DNA of 64,000 bases from Faecalibacillus sp. (lineage in GTDB: Bacteria > Bacillota_I > Bacilli_A > RFN20 > CAG-826). A program made the position numbers and the translations under genes. Position 1 is the stretch's first letter. Each line of letters opens with the position of its first letter. Positions 34,752 to 44,427 of this stretch are shown piece after piece. The stretch spans positions 6,612 through 70,611 of the forward strand of contig CAVAGP010000005.1 in NCBI GenBank assembly GCA_963588175.1. The letters are read 5' to 3'. The notes beneath the pieces are model-generated. The model was not told where the DNA came from. It did no database searches and saw only the letters and a list, made by a program, of their open reading frames with translations.

Positions 34752-35951
34752 TTATTTATCAACTGTTGAAGTGACTATGCCGTCCTTCATTTTCGTTTTG
34801 ATCTTCTGACCCGGTTTGACATCCTTTATGGATTTGACGACCTTTCCATCTTCCGTCTCTGTGAGTGAATATCCTCTTTGTAATACCTTATATGGATTAA
34901 GGGCATCCAACTCTTTTTCTATAGTGCTGATTGCGTTTGATTTATTGTCAATATAAACCTTGATTGCGTTATCGAGTCTAGTCTGATACCCCTCCACTTC
35001 CACTTTGGTTTTTAGATACTGGGTGGCCGGGTTTTTGAAGAATGGCCTTTCGCTTAAATTCTTCACTTTTTCTTTTATCGAATCTATGTAATCGGACATT
35101 CCGGAATGCAGCCTTTCTTCCATGTCCATCAAGAATGATTGGACCTCTTCAATGTCTGGGGTTGCAAGCTCTGCCGCGGCCGTTGGGGTTGAGACCCTCT
35201 TATCAGCTACATAGTCGATGAGCGTGTAATCTATCTCATGGCCTATCGCGGATATGACTGGCATTTTTGAAGTGGCAACTGCTCTAGCTAGGGTCTCGTC
35301 ATTGAATGCCCACAAGTCCTCCATTGAGCCTCCTCCGCGGGCGATTATCAAGGTGTCTAAGTCATCTTCTTGGGCTCTATTAAAGGCCTTAAGCAAATCC
35401 TTGGGAGCATCTGTTCCTTGCACCAATGAGTAGTAAATGTGAAGGTTAACAAGTGGCCAACGTCTTGCGATGTTGCGTCTTAAATCCGCTTCTGCCGCCG
35501 AATCCTTACCCACGATTATGCCGATATTCTGAGGGAATTGAACAATCTCCCTTTTCCTCGATTCATCAAACAAGCCCTCTTCATAAAGCTTTCTTTTGAG
35601 TTTTTCTAACTCCAATAAGAGATTGCCTTTGCCGTATTGTTCCATTGAGTCCACTCTTAAGGAGTAACGGCCTCTAGGCGCGTAAACCGTCACTGAGCCG
35701 GTTGCTAAGACCTCATCCCCTTCTTTTGGATTGAATCTTAATCCGTATAAAGAGTTGCCCCACATTGTGCAGGAAATGACGGATGTATCGTCTTTTAAAT
35801 CAAAAAACACACCCGAGCGATATATCTTCCAATTAGATATTTCTCCTCTGACGGTGAGGTTTCTTAGGGTAAAATCACCCTCTATTTTGTCTTTTATGGC
35901 CTCGTTCAGTTCTTTGACCGATACGAATTGTCTTTCAATCTTATTCTGCAC
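34752..35951 (-). CDS. xseA: exodeoxyribonuclease VII large subunit
   Basis: 399 aa. GTG start overlapping the nusB end. OB-fold N-terminus and catalytic ARGGGS..D region. Confidence 0.9.
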   Translation of the reverse strand: MQNKIERQFVSVKELNEAIKDKIEGDFTLRNLTVRGEISNWKIYRSGVFFDLKDDTSVISCTMWGNSLYGLRFNPKEGDEVLATGSVTVYAPRGRYSLRVDSMEQYGKGNLLLELEKLKRKLYEEGLFDESRKREIVQFPQNIGIIVGKDSAAEADLRRNIARRWPLVNLHIYYSLVQGTDAPKDLLKAFNRAQEDDLDTLIIARGGGSMEDLWAFNDETLARAVATSKMPVISAIGHEIDYTLIDYVADKRVSTPTAAAELATPDIEEVQSFLMDMEERLHSGMSDYIDSIKEKVKNLSERPFFKNPATQYLKTKVEVEGYQTRLDNAIKVYIDNKSNAISTIEKELDALNPYKVLQRGYSLTETEDGKVVKSIKDVKPGQKIKTKMKDGIVTSTVDK

Positions 35952-36375
35952 GGATCAGCACCTTGTCGAGAATCGCGTTGACGAATTTGTAATCCTTCAA
36001 AGGGTCGCAGTATGTCTTCGCGTGTTTGATGGCGACGTCGATTACAATACGTTTATCGATGTCTTTTTCAACGTAATGGAATTGGGTATAAGCCACAAGC
36101 AAAACGGCTTGCTCGACTCTATTTAGGCGGTCGAAAGTCCATTTATTCATATTTTTGTTGAATACGGGTATTATCTCGTTTATATGCTTTATCGCTTCAA
36201 GGACAACCTCCTTAAGGTAGTTGTCGCATTCTTCGTATGGTCTTTCCGCTAAACCGGAGATGATATCTTCAATATCAACCTCCCTTCCCATGTGGACGTA
36301 GGTCAAGACGTCATAGACGGCAAAGACTGCTATCTTTTGGGTTTGGTTTCTTGTCATTTCGCGTGTAGTTTCCAT
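35941..36375 (-). CDS. nusB: transcription antitermination factor NusB
   Basis: 144 aa. All-helical NusB-like sequence. Synteny asp23-nusB-xseA-xseB as in Bacillus. Confidence 0.85.
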   Translation of the reverse strand: METTREMTRNQTQKIAVFAVYDVLTYVHMGREVDIEDIISGLAERPYEECDNYLKEVVLEAIKHINEIIPVFNKNMNKWTFDRLNRVEQAVLLVAYTQFHYVEKDIDKRIVIDVAIKHAKTYCDPLKDYKFVNAILDKVLIRAE

Positions 36376-36501
36376 AGATCAATATCGCTGAGCTTTGCTC
36401 AAGCCGGCAATAGTTTAGCATAATGAACTTCAAAATGGGATATCAAATGGCAAATTTAGCGTTTTCAACCGACTTTTGACAAGCAACTGGTATTTGCCAG
36501 G

Positions 36502-36528
36502 CAAAAGAAAACCGGCGTTTCCGCCGGA
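36502..36528 (-). terminator. intrinsic terminator after the Asp23-family gene
   Basis: Minus strand: CCGGCG-GAAA-CGCCGG followed by TTTTCTTTTG. Confidence 0.7.
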
Positions 36529-36548
36529 TTATATCTTTATATTAATAA

Positions 36549-36893
36549 TTAATATACCGATGAGACTTTGACGTTGATTTTGAATGGCACCGCCTCACAC
36601 ATCATCGCAATGCTGGATGCGACCGTTTCCTGTATTTTCAGGCAAATATCCTTCATGCTGGCATTGGTGGTTTTGGAGATGGCGACGTCGATTGTGATAT
36701 CGACCTTCCCGTCTTTCCTGAATGTTGTCACAACAGGATTTGCCAAAGAGAAAAAGCCGGTTCCCTTCTTCTTGACGTTGACATCAGAGATGGAGTTAGT
36801 GGCGATTGTTGCTATTTCTTCGAAACAGCGGCGGGATATGCCCATATATCCGTTATTTTTGAAGTTGTTGAGATAATAGTAATTGGCGTCCAT
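36549..36893 (-). CDS. Asp23/Gls24-family (alkaline shock) protein
   Basis: 114 aa. ISRRCFEEIATIA..V.V.V.. pattern typical of Asp23 (Bacillus YqhY position). Confidence 0.8.
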   Translation of the reverse strand: MDANYYYLNNFKNNGYMGISRRCFEEIATIATNSISDVNVKKKGTGFFSLANPVVTTFRKDGKVDITIDVAISKTTNASMKDICLKIQETVASSIAMMCEAVPFKINVKVSSVY

Positions 36894-36928
36894 AACGTTA
36901 TTTTATGAGTTTGATTGGCAACTAACAA

Positions 36929-38899
36929 CTATTTGAGTTCTTCTAAGATGCGTTCTGCGACTTTAGAAGGGGTGAAACCGATGGCTTCGATTGCTTTGGC
37001 AGCTGGAGCGGATAGGCCATAGTTATCATAAGATATGACGTGGTCCGCGTATTTATACCAGGTGGCTCCGTGCGCCATTTCGATTGCGACTCTCTTCGAA
37101 CGAGGGAGATTAAGAATGTTGCTCTTATAGTCCTTATCCTCATTATCAAACACTTCGCAGCACGGCATGGAGATGATTCTGACTTTGTAGCCTTTTTCCT
37201 CAAGCATCGGCTTAACGGCCATGGCGAGGGAGACTTCTGATCCGGCGGCAATTAATTCGAGGTTTGCGTTTTCGCATTCGGATACGACATATGCGCCGTG
37301 TCTAGTTCCTTCTTCACTTGAATTGGCGTTTAATGGGAGGTTCTGACGCGAGAGAATGAGGCATGAGACATGGCTCTTCTCCTCCAAGGCGCACTTCCAA
37401 GAGGCGATGGTCTCTCTAGAATCACATGGTCTATATACGCGGACATTTGGAGTCGTTCTCAAAGATGCCAATTGCTCGATTGGCTCGTGGGTCGGTCCGT
37501 CTTCTCCGACGGCGACCGAGTCGTGCGAGAGCAAATAGATGGCTGGCAAACGCTGGAGAGCGCTCATGCGGATGGCGTTCTTGAAATAGTCGGCAAAAAC
37601 GAGGAATGAGCCACCATAAGTGATGACACCTCCATGAAGAAGCATGCCGTTATTGATGGTGGCCATGCCGAATTCCCTGATGCCGTAGTTGACGTTTTTG
37701 GCTTCTCGATGCTCCGGAGAATAATTAGGGTCGCCTTTGATCGCAGTTTTGACTGAGCCGGCAACATCGGCGGATCCGCCTAGAGTGAACGGGATGGTAG
37801 AAGCAATCTTAGCAACACAGTTGCCGGAGACGTTTCTGGTTGAATTATTCTCATCAACCGGCACCTCATCTAAGCATGAGATATAAGGAGCGATGTTTCT
37901 CGAGAAGGCGTTCTCAAGGGTCTTGGCCTCTTCTGGATGGGCTTCATCCCAAACTTTCTTAGTTTCAACATAGGCAGCGTAGGCTTTGGCGCCTCTAGCT
38001 GAATATGTTCCTCTCAAGTTGTCATAGACTTCCTGCGGGACGGTGAATTCAGGCTCGTTGAAGCCGTAATTTGCCTTAGCCTCATCTCCGATTTCTTTTC
38101 CTAGAGGCGCGCCATGGCATTTTGATTTTCCTTCTAATGACGTGCCATAGCCAATCTTTGTGTGCATGATGATGACTGTTGGGGCGTCTTTAGATTGCTT
38201 AGCTTTGGTGAATGCCTCATCAAGCGCCTCCATATCCTCGCCATTAGGAACATCGATTACGTTCCAATGAACTGATTTAAAACGCATTGCCACATCATCG
38301 TTCATGGAGTTGGAGGTTGGTCCATCGAGGGTGGAGACATTCTCATCGTAAATGAGGATGAGTTTGTTTAATTTTTGGAGCCCTGCGAATGAGATGACTT
38401 CTTGGGATAATCCTTCTTCAAGGCATCCGTCACCGCATAAGCAGTATGTGTAATGGTTCATGATCGATGAGCCGTCAGGATATGAGGCGGCGATATGGGT
38501 TTCTGCCATGGCCATGCCAACAGCTTGCCCGATTCCTTGTCCCAAAGGTCCAGCGGAGGCATCGATTCCGTCTGTCCAGCCCACTTCTGGGTGGCCTGGG
38601 GTTTTGGAATAGAGCTGTCTGAAGTTCTTTAAGTCATCCATTGAAATCTTGTAACCGCAGATATGAAGCATGGAATATAGCCATGCGCATGTGTGTCCGC
38701 TGGATAAGACGAAACGGTCTCTATTGATCCAATGCGGGTTCTTCGGATCGGCGACGATGTGGTTCTTGAAAAGGACATACATGGCCGGCGTGACGTCTAA
38801 TGCCATACCCGGGTGTCCGCTGTTTGATTTGTTGATTATATCGATGATGAGCGATCTAATCGTGGCGACGCTTAATGTGTCGATTGGCTTGATTTCCAT
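36929..38899 (-). CDS. tkt: transketolase
   Basis: 656 aa. SGHPG, GDGCLEEG and GEDGPTHEPIEQL motifs. AAGGAG SD. Confidence 0.95.
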   Translation of the reverse strand: MEIKPIDTLSVATIRSLIIDIINKSNSGHPGMALDVTPAMYVLFKNHIVADPKNPHWINRDRFVLSSGHTCAWLYSMLHICGYKISMDDLKNFRQLYSKTPGHPEVGWTDGIDASAGPLGQGIGQAVGMAMAETHIAASYPDGSSIMNHYTYCLCGDGCLEEGLSQEVISFAGLQKLNKLILIYDENVSTLDGPTSNSMNDDVAMRFKSVHWNVIDVPNGEDMEALDEAFTKAKQSKDAPTVIIMHTKIGYGTSLEGKSKCHGAPLGKEIGDEAKANYGFNEPEFTVPQEVYDNLRGTYSARGAKAYAAYVETKKVWDEAHPEEAKTLENAFSRNIAPYISCLDEVPVDENNSTRNVSGNCVAKIASTIPFTLGGSADVAGSVKTAIKGDPNYSPEHREAKNVNYGIREFGMATINNGMLLHGGVITYGGSFLVFADYFKNAIRMSALQRLPAIYLLSHDSVAVGEDGPTHEPIEQLASLRTTPNVRVYRPCDSRETIASWKCALEEKSHVSCLILSRQNLPLNANSSEEGTRHGAYVVSECENANLELIAAGSEVSLAMAVKPMLEEKGYKVRIISMPCCEVFDNEDKDYKSNILNLPRSKRVAIEMAHGATWYKYADHVISYDNYGLSAPAAKAIEAIGFTPSKVAERILEELK

Positions 38900-38981
38900 A
38901 TTCTTAGCTCCTTAATTGTTCGCATGGATTTTATTTAGGATGGCCATAGCTTGCTATGACGATATTTTAAATTGGGTCGGA

Positions 38982-40712
38982 TTATTCTTTCTTGATTTCG
39001 ATTCCGACGGCATCGAGAGCTTCTTGACTTGTTTCGCCTGGAGCTTTGCTCATTGGGTCCACCGCCTGGAGGTTCTTTGGGAAGGCCATGACGTCTCTGA
39101 TGTTGTCGGTTCCGCAAAGGATCATGCAGAGTCTCTCAAGTCCGAGGGCAAAGCCCGCATGAGGCGGAACACCGTACTTGAAGGCATCGATGAACCACCC
39201 GAATTTTCTTGCAACGTCCTCATCTGTTAAGCCTAGGAGTCTGAAGATCTTCCACTGGGTGTCGTGGTCATAGATTCTCAAAGTGCCTCCGCCGGCCTCG
39301 TAGCCGTTGATGACGATATCGTATGCGTAAGCGAGTACCTTCTCTGGATCTGTATCCAAATACGGGAGATCCTCATCGCGTGGACGGGTGAATGGGTGGT
39401 GTTCGGCGGAATAGTTTCCGGTTTCTTCGACGTATTCGAACATCGGGAAGTTGATAACCCAAAGCAAATCGTAAGTGTTCGGCTTGACTAAACCCATTTC
39501 TTTGGAGAATTTGGTTCTGATTGCGCCAAGTCCGAAATCAATCCATCTTCTGTTGTTTAATCCGGCGAATAAGACGAGATCGTCTTCTTTTAGATCCAAG
39601 GCTTTGAATAACTCGGCTTTGACCTCATCGTTCAGGAATTTTGTGAATGAGCCTGCAAGGGCTCCGTTTTCGACCTTAACGTTGAGCAAAGGCTTGATGT
39701 GGAATTTGTTCGCCTCGAGCTGGAGTTCGTCCATCTTCTTTCTTGAGGTTTCTTTTCCTTTTCCCGGGATAACCAAGCATTTGATGTATTTGACGGTCTT
39801 GAATTGCTCGAAATCGCTCTTTTTCATGATGTCGGTGATATCGTGGAGCTCAAGTCCGTAACGGGTATCTGGCTTATCTGAGCCGAAGCGGTCCATCGCT
39901 TCCCAGAAATCCATTCTTCTAAGGGGCAACTGGATGTCGTAATTGACGATTTCCTTGAAGTATCTCTTGAGCATGCCTTCGGCAAGGGACAAAACGTCGT
40001 CTTGGTTCATGAAGGATGTCTCAACGTCGATTTGGGTGAATTCCGGCTGACGGTCAGCACGCAAATCCTCGTCACGGAAGCATTTGGCGATCTGATAATA
40101 TCTCTCGATTCCGCCAATCATCAAAAGCTGCTTGAAGAGCTGAGGTGACTGAGGGAGTGCGTAAAATGATCCATGATGCAATCTTGATGGGACGAGATAA
40201 TCTCTGGCGCCTTCTGGGGTGGCTAAGTTCAAGATTGGGGTTTCCACCTCGAGGAATCTGTTCTCATCGAGGTATTCGTGGGTGATTTTGACGATTTTGG
40301 CCCTTGTTCTCAAGTTTTTGAGCATGCAAGGACGTCTGAGATCGAGGTATCTATACTGAAGCCTTGTGTCTTCAAGCGCATCGGTCTTATCGGCGATGAT
40401 GAACGGGGTTGTGTCGGATTTGTTGATGACTTCCAATGCATCAACGATTACCTCAACGTCTCCCGTTGGGATTTTGTTGTTTGGAACGTCTTTCTTATGA
40501 ACGGTTCCGGTGACGTGGATGACGTATTCGCTTCTCACATCCGGAACTTTTGAGGAATCCAAGATTGTCAACTGGACTATGCCGGTATTGTCTCTTAAGT
40601 CGATGAATTCGATGGCGCCGAGATTTCTTCTTGTGGAAACCCAACCCACCAATTCGACTTTCTCCCCGGCATTCTCGAGTCGGAGCTCTCCATTGTATTT
40701 GTTTCTTAACAT
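38982..40712 (-). CDS. aspS: aspartate--tRNA ligase
   Basis: 576 aa. OB-fold N-terminus, class II motifs (FRDEDLRADRQPEFTQID, GLERL) and a bacterial insertion domain. Confidence 0.95.
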   Translation of the reverse strand: MLRNKYNGELRLENAGEKVELVGWVSTRRNLGAIEFIDLRDNTGIVQLTILDSSKVPDVRSEYVIHVTGTVHKKDVPNNKIPTGDVEVIVDALEVINKSDTTPFIIADKTDALEDTRLQYRYLDLRRPCMLKNLRTRAKIVKITHEYLDENRFLEVETPILNLATPEGARDYLVPSRLHHGSFYALPQSPQLFKQLLMIGGIERYYQIAKCFRDEDLRADRQPEFTQIDVETSFMNQDDVLSLAEGMLKRYFKEIVNYDIQLPLRRMDFWEAMDRFGSDKPDTRYGLELHDITDIMKKSDFEQFKTVKYIKCLVIPGKGKETSRKKMDELQLEANKFHIKPLLNVKVENGALAGSFTKFLNDEVKAELFKALDLKEDDLVLFAGLNNRRWIDFGLGAIRTKFSKEMGLVKPNTYDLLWVINFPMFEYVEETGNYSAEHHPFTRPRDEDLPYLDTDPEKVLAYAYDIVINGYEAGGGTLRIYDHDTQWKIFRLLGLTDEDVARKFGWFIDAFKYGVPPHAGFALGLERLCMILCGTDNIRDVMAFPKNLQAVDPMSKAPGETSQEALDAVGIEIKKE

Positions 40713-40727
40713 AGTTATTTCTCCCAG

Positions 40728-42098
40728 CTAGTTGTCTTTTTTGTGGCAGCAGCAGCCTCCGCCACCGTTTTCTTTTTGGCATTCGCAACTATCTCCGCCA
40801 CAGCATTCCGTTTCGGAAGCCTCGTCCTCATCGAACAATTTGTCCAACTCGTCTTCGAGATTTTCAAGCGAGACCTCAAATTGCGCCTGAGTGGTTAGAT
40901 TCTTGACGTTGACCACTCCTCTATCGAGTTCGTCTTGCCCGACTAGGATTGCGAATTTGGCTTTTCTTTTGACCGCCTTCTTGAACATTGAGCCGATTTT
41001 GCTAGCGGCAAGAGGCGTCTCTGCTGAATACCCTAGAGAACGGACGCTCATCGTCATGTTGAAGGCTTCTTCAAGCATATCCGCGCCAATTGGCATGACG
41101 TAGAAGTCGATTCCATCGGTGATGTCATCAAGGAGATGGTTGTCACTCATGACCGAGACGACTCTTTCCATACCCATTGCAAAGCCAACTCCTGGAAGAT
41201 CTGGTCCGCCGAGCGCTTTTACGAGTCCGCCGTAGTGGCCTCCTCCGCCTAGCGCGCCATAGTCTTTCCCCTCATCGCTTTTGGCGTGGATTTCAAAGAC
41301 GACTTCCGAATAGTAGTCAAGGCCCCTAACGAGCCCGTCATCGATTTCGTATTCGATTCCGAAGTCGTTGATGATTGATAAAGTCTCATAGAATCTCTTT
41401 TCGGAGGCTTCGGATAGGTAATCCTTCATCTTAGGTGCGCCTTTAGCGATTTCCTGGTCTCCTGGAACTTTGCAGTCAAGGATTCTCAATGGGTTGAGCT
41501 TCAATCTTTCTTTGCAGTCCTCGCACATGTTGTCGATGTGTTGGCTGAAATATTCAATGAGCGCAGCTCTATATGCGTTTCTAGATTCATCGTCTCCGAT
41601 TGAATTGATTTTGAGGTTAACTGTCTTGAATCCGAGATTGTGCATCATATGGACCGCCATGATGATGACCTCAGCGTCTGCTTGTGCGCTATCGAGTCCG
41701 ATTTCCTCGACTCCGAACTGGTGGAATTGGCGGTATCTTCCAAGCTGAGGCCTTTCATAACGGAACGCGGGCCCGTGATAGAAGACTTTGATTGGGAGAT
41801 CCTCTGTTGCGTAATATTTGTTGGAAACGATGCTTCTCACGATTCCGGCGGTGAATTCCGGCCTCATTGTGACTGAGCGGTTGCCCTTGTCGAGGAAGGT
41901 GTACATTTCTTTTCTGACGACATCGGAAGATTCTCCGGTGCCGCGTGCGAACACTTCGGTGTGCTCCAAGACCGGTGTCTCAAGTCCTTTGAAACCATAG
42001 AGTTCGGCCGTGGATTTGAGAACGTAAGATACGTAGCTATGCTGTTTGGCTTCGCTCCCGAATATGTCGTGTGTTCCTTTTACTGGTGCGTATTCCAT
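40728..42098 (-). CDS. hisS: histidine--tRNA ligase with a C-terminal Cys/Gly-rich extension
   Basis: The ORF-track start at 42179 is TTG inside relA. ATG 42098 is preceded by AGGAGG and gives MEYAPVKGTHDIFG, the canonical HisS start. The tail reads ...ETECCGGDSCECQKENGGGGCCCHKKDN. Confidence 0.9.
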   Translation of the reverse strand: MEYAPVKGTHDIFGSEAKQHSYVSYVLKSTAELYGFKGLETPVLEHTEVFARGTGESSDVVRKEMYTFLDKGNRSVTMRPEFTAGIVRSIVSNKYYATEDLPIKVFYHGPAFRYERPQLGRYRQFHQFGVEEIGLDSAQADAEVIIMAVHMMHNLGFKTVNLKINSIGDDESRNAYRAALIEYFSQHIDNMCEDCKERLKLNPLRILDCKVPGDQEIAKGAPKMKDYLSEASEKRFYETLSIINDFGIEYEIDDGLVRGLDYYSEVVFEIHAKSDEGKDYGALGGGGHYGGLVKALGGPDLPGVGFAMGMERVVSVMSDNHLLDDITDGIDFYVMPIGADMLEEAFNMTMSVRSLGYSAETPLAASKIGSMFKKAVKRKAKFAILVGQDELDRGVVNVKNLTTQAQFEVSLENLEDELDKLFDEDEASETECCGGDSCECQKENGGGGCCCHKKDN

Positions 42099-42111
42099 AA
42101 TTTCCTCCTGA

Positions 42112-44346
42112 TTAATGCATGATTCTTCGCACTTCATAGACGCCTTTGACGCCTTTGAGCGCGGCTGATACATCTTCAAGCGTTCTAGCGTCTGAGATGT
42201 AGATTGATACCGTTATGACCACGGTTTTGGTGTTGCGGATGGTTTTGGCCCTCAGGTCTCGGCAGTTGACGTTTTTCGACGAGAGCATGGCTAGCACATC
42301 GGCAAGCAATCCGACATGGTCATCCGCGGTGATTGATAAGTCGGCTGGATAAACGGCCACTCCGAGGTTCTCCTTCCAGAAGACCTCGATGAGCCTGTTC
42401 CCAGCTCCGGCGCAGTTTGGGCAGTTTTTTCTATGGACGGCCAAGCCTTTGCCTTTTGTTATGTATCCGATGATTTCATCTCCCGGGATTGGGCGGCAGC
42501 ATTTAGCTAGGCTCATCGCAACTTTTGTGGCCCCATTGATGTAGACCGGATATTTATCTTCGTTTTTGATTGTGCCCTTCTTAAGTTTAAGGGTTGATTT
42601 CCTGACTCTAATTCCCAAGTAATCAATTACTAGGTTGACGGCGGTTATCTTGTTTCCGATGGAAGCATAGAATTCATCGATGTCCTTCGTGCGGAAATGC
42701 TCATAAAGGTCCTGATTGTTCTCGACCATCTGAGACATTTCGCCTTCGCCTTTTCCTTGGGATTTGAAGCCATCGAGCAGCATTTCTTTGCCGCGTATGA
42801 TGTTGTCGGCTTTCATCATCTCGGCTTGTTTTTTCGCGATTGCGCGTTTGATATGGCCGATTGCCTGGCTGGTCTTAGCGATTTCGAGCCATGAATCGTT
42901 CGGGCCTGAAGCGGTCTTGGAAGTCTTGATTTCGCAGACGTCCCCAGTCTTTAGGACCGTGTTTAATGGGACGAATACTCCGTTGACTTTAGCGCCAACT
43001 GCCGAATCTCCGACTTTGGTGTGGACTCTATATGCGAAATCGAGGGTCGTTGCTCCTGTAGGAAGGTCGATTACCTTTCCTAAAGGGGTGAATACGTAGA
43101 CGTTCGCATTGAAGACGTCTTTTGATAAGGAAGACATGTACTCCTTAGCGTCTTCTGTGTTCTCGTCTTTTGAAGACATGGAGACGAAGTCACGGAACCA
43201 GACCAAGCTGTTCTCGATGTCTTTCTGCTCCTCTTTGGCATTGTAATTCGTGCCTTCTTTGTATTTCCAGTGGGCGGCGATGCCGGATTCTGCGACCTCA
43301 TCCATCTTCTCGGTTCTTATTTGAACTTCATAGACGTTGCCGTCTCCTGACATGATCGAGGTGTGTAAAGACTGATACATATTCGGCTTTGGCATTGCGA
43401 TGTAATCCTTGAATCTGCCTGGCAATGGTTTGTAGGTTGCGTGTACCAATCCCAAGATTTCATAGCAGTTAAGTTCGGTGTCGGTGATGACTCTGACAGC
43501 CAAGACGTCGTACAAATCCTCGAATTCATAGGCTTTGAGATACATTTTGCGGTAAATCGAATAGATGGATTTGACGCGAGATTCCATTCTGAACGGGATA
43601 TTATGCTCATATAGAATATCGGCGATTCTCTTCTTTAAAGCGTTTAATGATTCGGTTCTATTCGCGGTGCTTTCATTCAGCAACTTAAGAATATTGTTAT
43701 AAGCGTTCGGGTTGGTGTACTTCAAACAAAGGTCTTCCATCTCACTCTGAATCTTGTACAAACCAAGTCTGTGGGCGATAGGCGTGAAGACGTCGAGTGT
43801 CTCCTGCGATAACGCTATTTGCCTATCTGGTTTCAAAGCGTCAAGAGTCCTGAGGTTATGCAAACGGTCTGCCAACTTGACGAGGATGACACGCACGTCT
43901 TTTGCCATGCCAAGGAAAATCTTCTTGTGGTCTTCCGCCTCGAAATCTACGTCGGTGCGGTGCGATAGCTTCATTCTCTGAATCTTCGTTAGGGCGTCCA
44001 CTATCAAAGCGACATCCTCTCCGAACATCTCCTTTATCTCCTCAATCGTGACGTCGGTGTCCTCCACCACGTCATGGAGCAACGCCGAGGCGATTGTTGC
44101 GGGTCCGGTACCCATTTCTGCACAGATATATGCGACCTCGATAGGGTGAACGATATATGGCTCGCCCGATTTTCTTAGGACTCCTGCGTGTTTGAGGTTG
44201 GCGAGGTCATAGGCTTTTTGGATGAGTTCTCTATCCTTCTCATCTTTGATGTATGTGAAATACAGCGTTTTGAGGTCATCAAACGTGTGCATCGGATATC
44301 CGCCATTAGGCAGTATTGGCTTTTTAGTTACTTCTTCGTTGCCCAT
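42112..44346 (-). CDS. relA: bifunctional (p)ppGpp synthetase/hydrolase (long RSH)
   Basis: HD hydrolase (HDVVEDT), synthetase (YKPLPGRFKDYIAMPKPNMYQSLHT), TGS and ACT domains. The ORF-track start at 44388 is TTG inside the recJ terminator. First ATG is 44346 (no SD). ATG 44292 (MHTFDDL) is an alternative. Confidence 0.9.
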   Translation of the reverse strand: MGNEEVTKKPILPNGGYPMHTFDDLKTLYFTYIKDEKDRELIQKAYDLANLKHAGVLRKSGEPYIVHPIEVAYICAEMGTGPATIASALLHDVVEDTDVTIEEIKEMFGEDVALIVDALTKIQRMKLSHRTDVDFEAEDHKKIFLGMAKDVRVILVKLADRLHNLRTLDALKPDRQIALSQETLDVFTPIAHRLGLYKIQSEMEDLCLKYTNPNAYNNILKLLNESTANRTESLNALKKRIADILYEHNIPFRMESRVKSIYSIYRKMYLKAYEFEDLYDVLAVRVITDTELNCYEILGLVHATYKPLPGRFKDYIAMPKPNMYQSLHTSIMSGDGNVYEVQIRTEKMDEVAESGIAAHWKYKEGTNYNAKEEQKDIENSLVWFRDFVSMSSKDENTEDAKEYMSSLSKDVFNANVYVFTPLGKVIDLPTGATTLDFAYRVHTKVGDSAVGAKVNGVFVPLNTVLKTGDVCEIKTSKTASGPNDSWLEIAKTSQAIGHIKRAIAKKQAEMMKADNIIRGKEMLLDGFKSQGKGEGEMSQMVENNQDLYEHFRTKDIDEFYASIGNKITAVNLVIDYLGIRVRKSTLKLKKGTIKNEDKYPVYINGATKVAMSLAKCCRPIPGDEIIGYITKGKGLAVHRKNCPNCAGAGNRLIEVFWKENLGVAVYPADLSITADDHVGLLADVLAMLSSKNVNCRDLRAKTIRNTKTVVITVSIYISDARTLEDVSAALKGVKGVYEVRRIMH

Positions 44347-44383
44347 AGTCTCGTATATTATGTGCAAATACGCGTGTGTAAGC

Positions 44384-44409
44384 AACAAAAAGAAGGGATT
44401 AATCCCTTC
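44384..44409 (-). terminator. intrinsic terminator after recJ
   Basis: Minus strand: GAAGGGA-TTAA-TCCCTTC followed by TTTTTG. Confidence 0.7.
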
Positions 44410-44427
44410 ATCTGTAAGCGTTTTCCC

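Noticed and set aside
42099-42179. N-terminal extensions in the ORF track (hisS here; also relA 44347-44388, secDF 48717-48794, dinB 34357-34407, xseB 34742-34762, plsY 22171-22212, fmt 57725-57748, A-T gene 57779-57868, rpmG 17519-17560, nfo 15467-15472)
   Set aside because: The track accepts TTG/ATT/ATA and similar starts. The extensions run through upstream genes or terminators and lack an SD, whereas downstream ATGs have an SD and restore canonical family N-termini.
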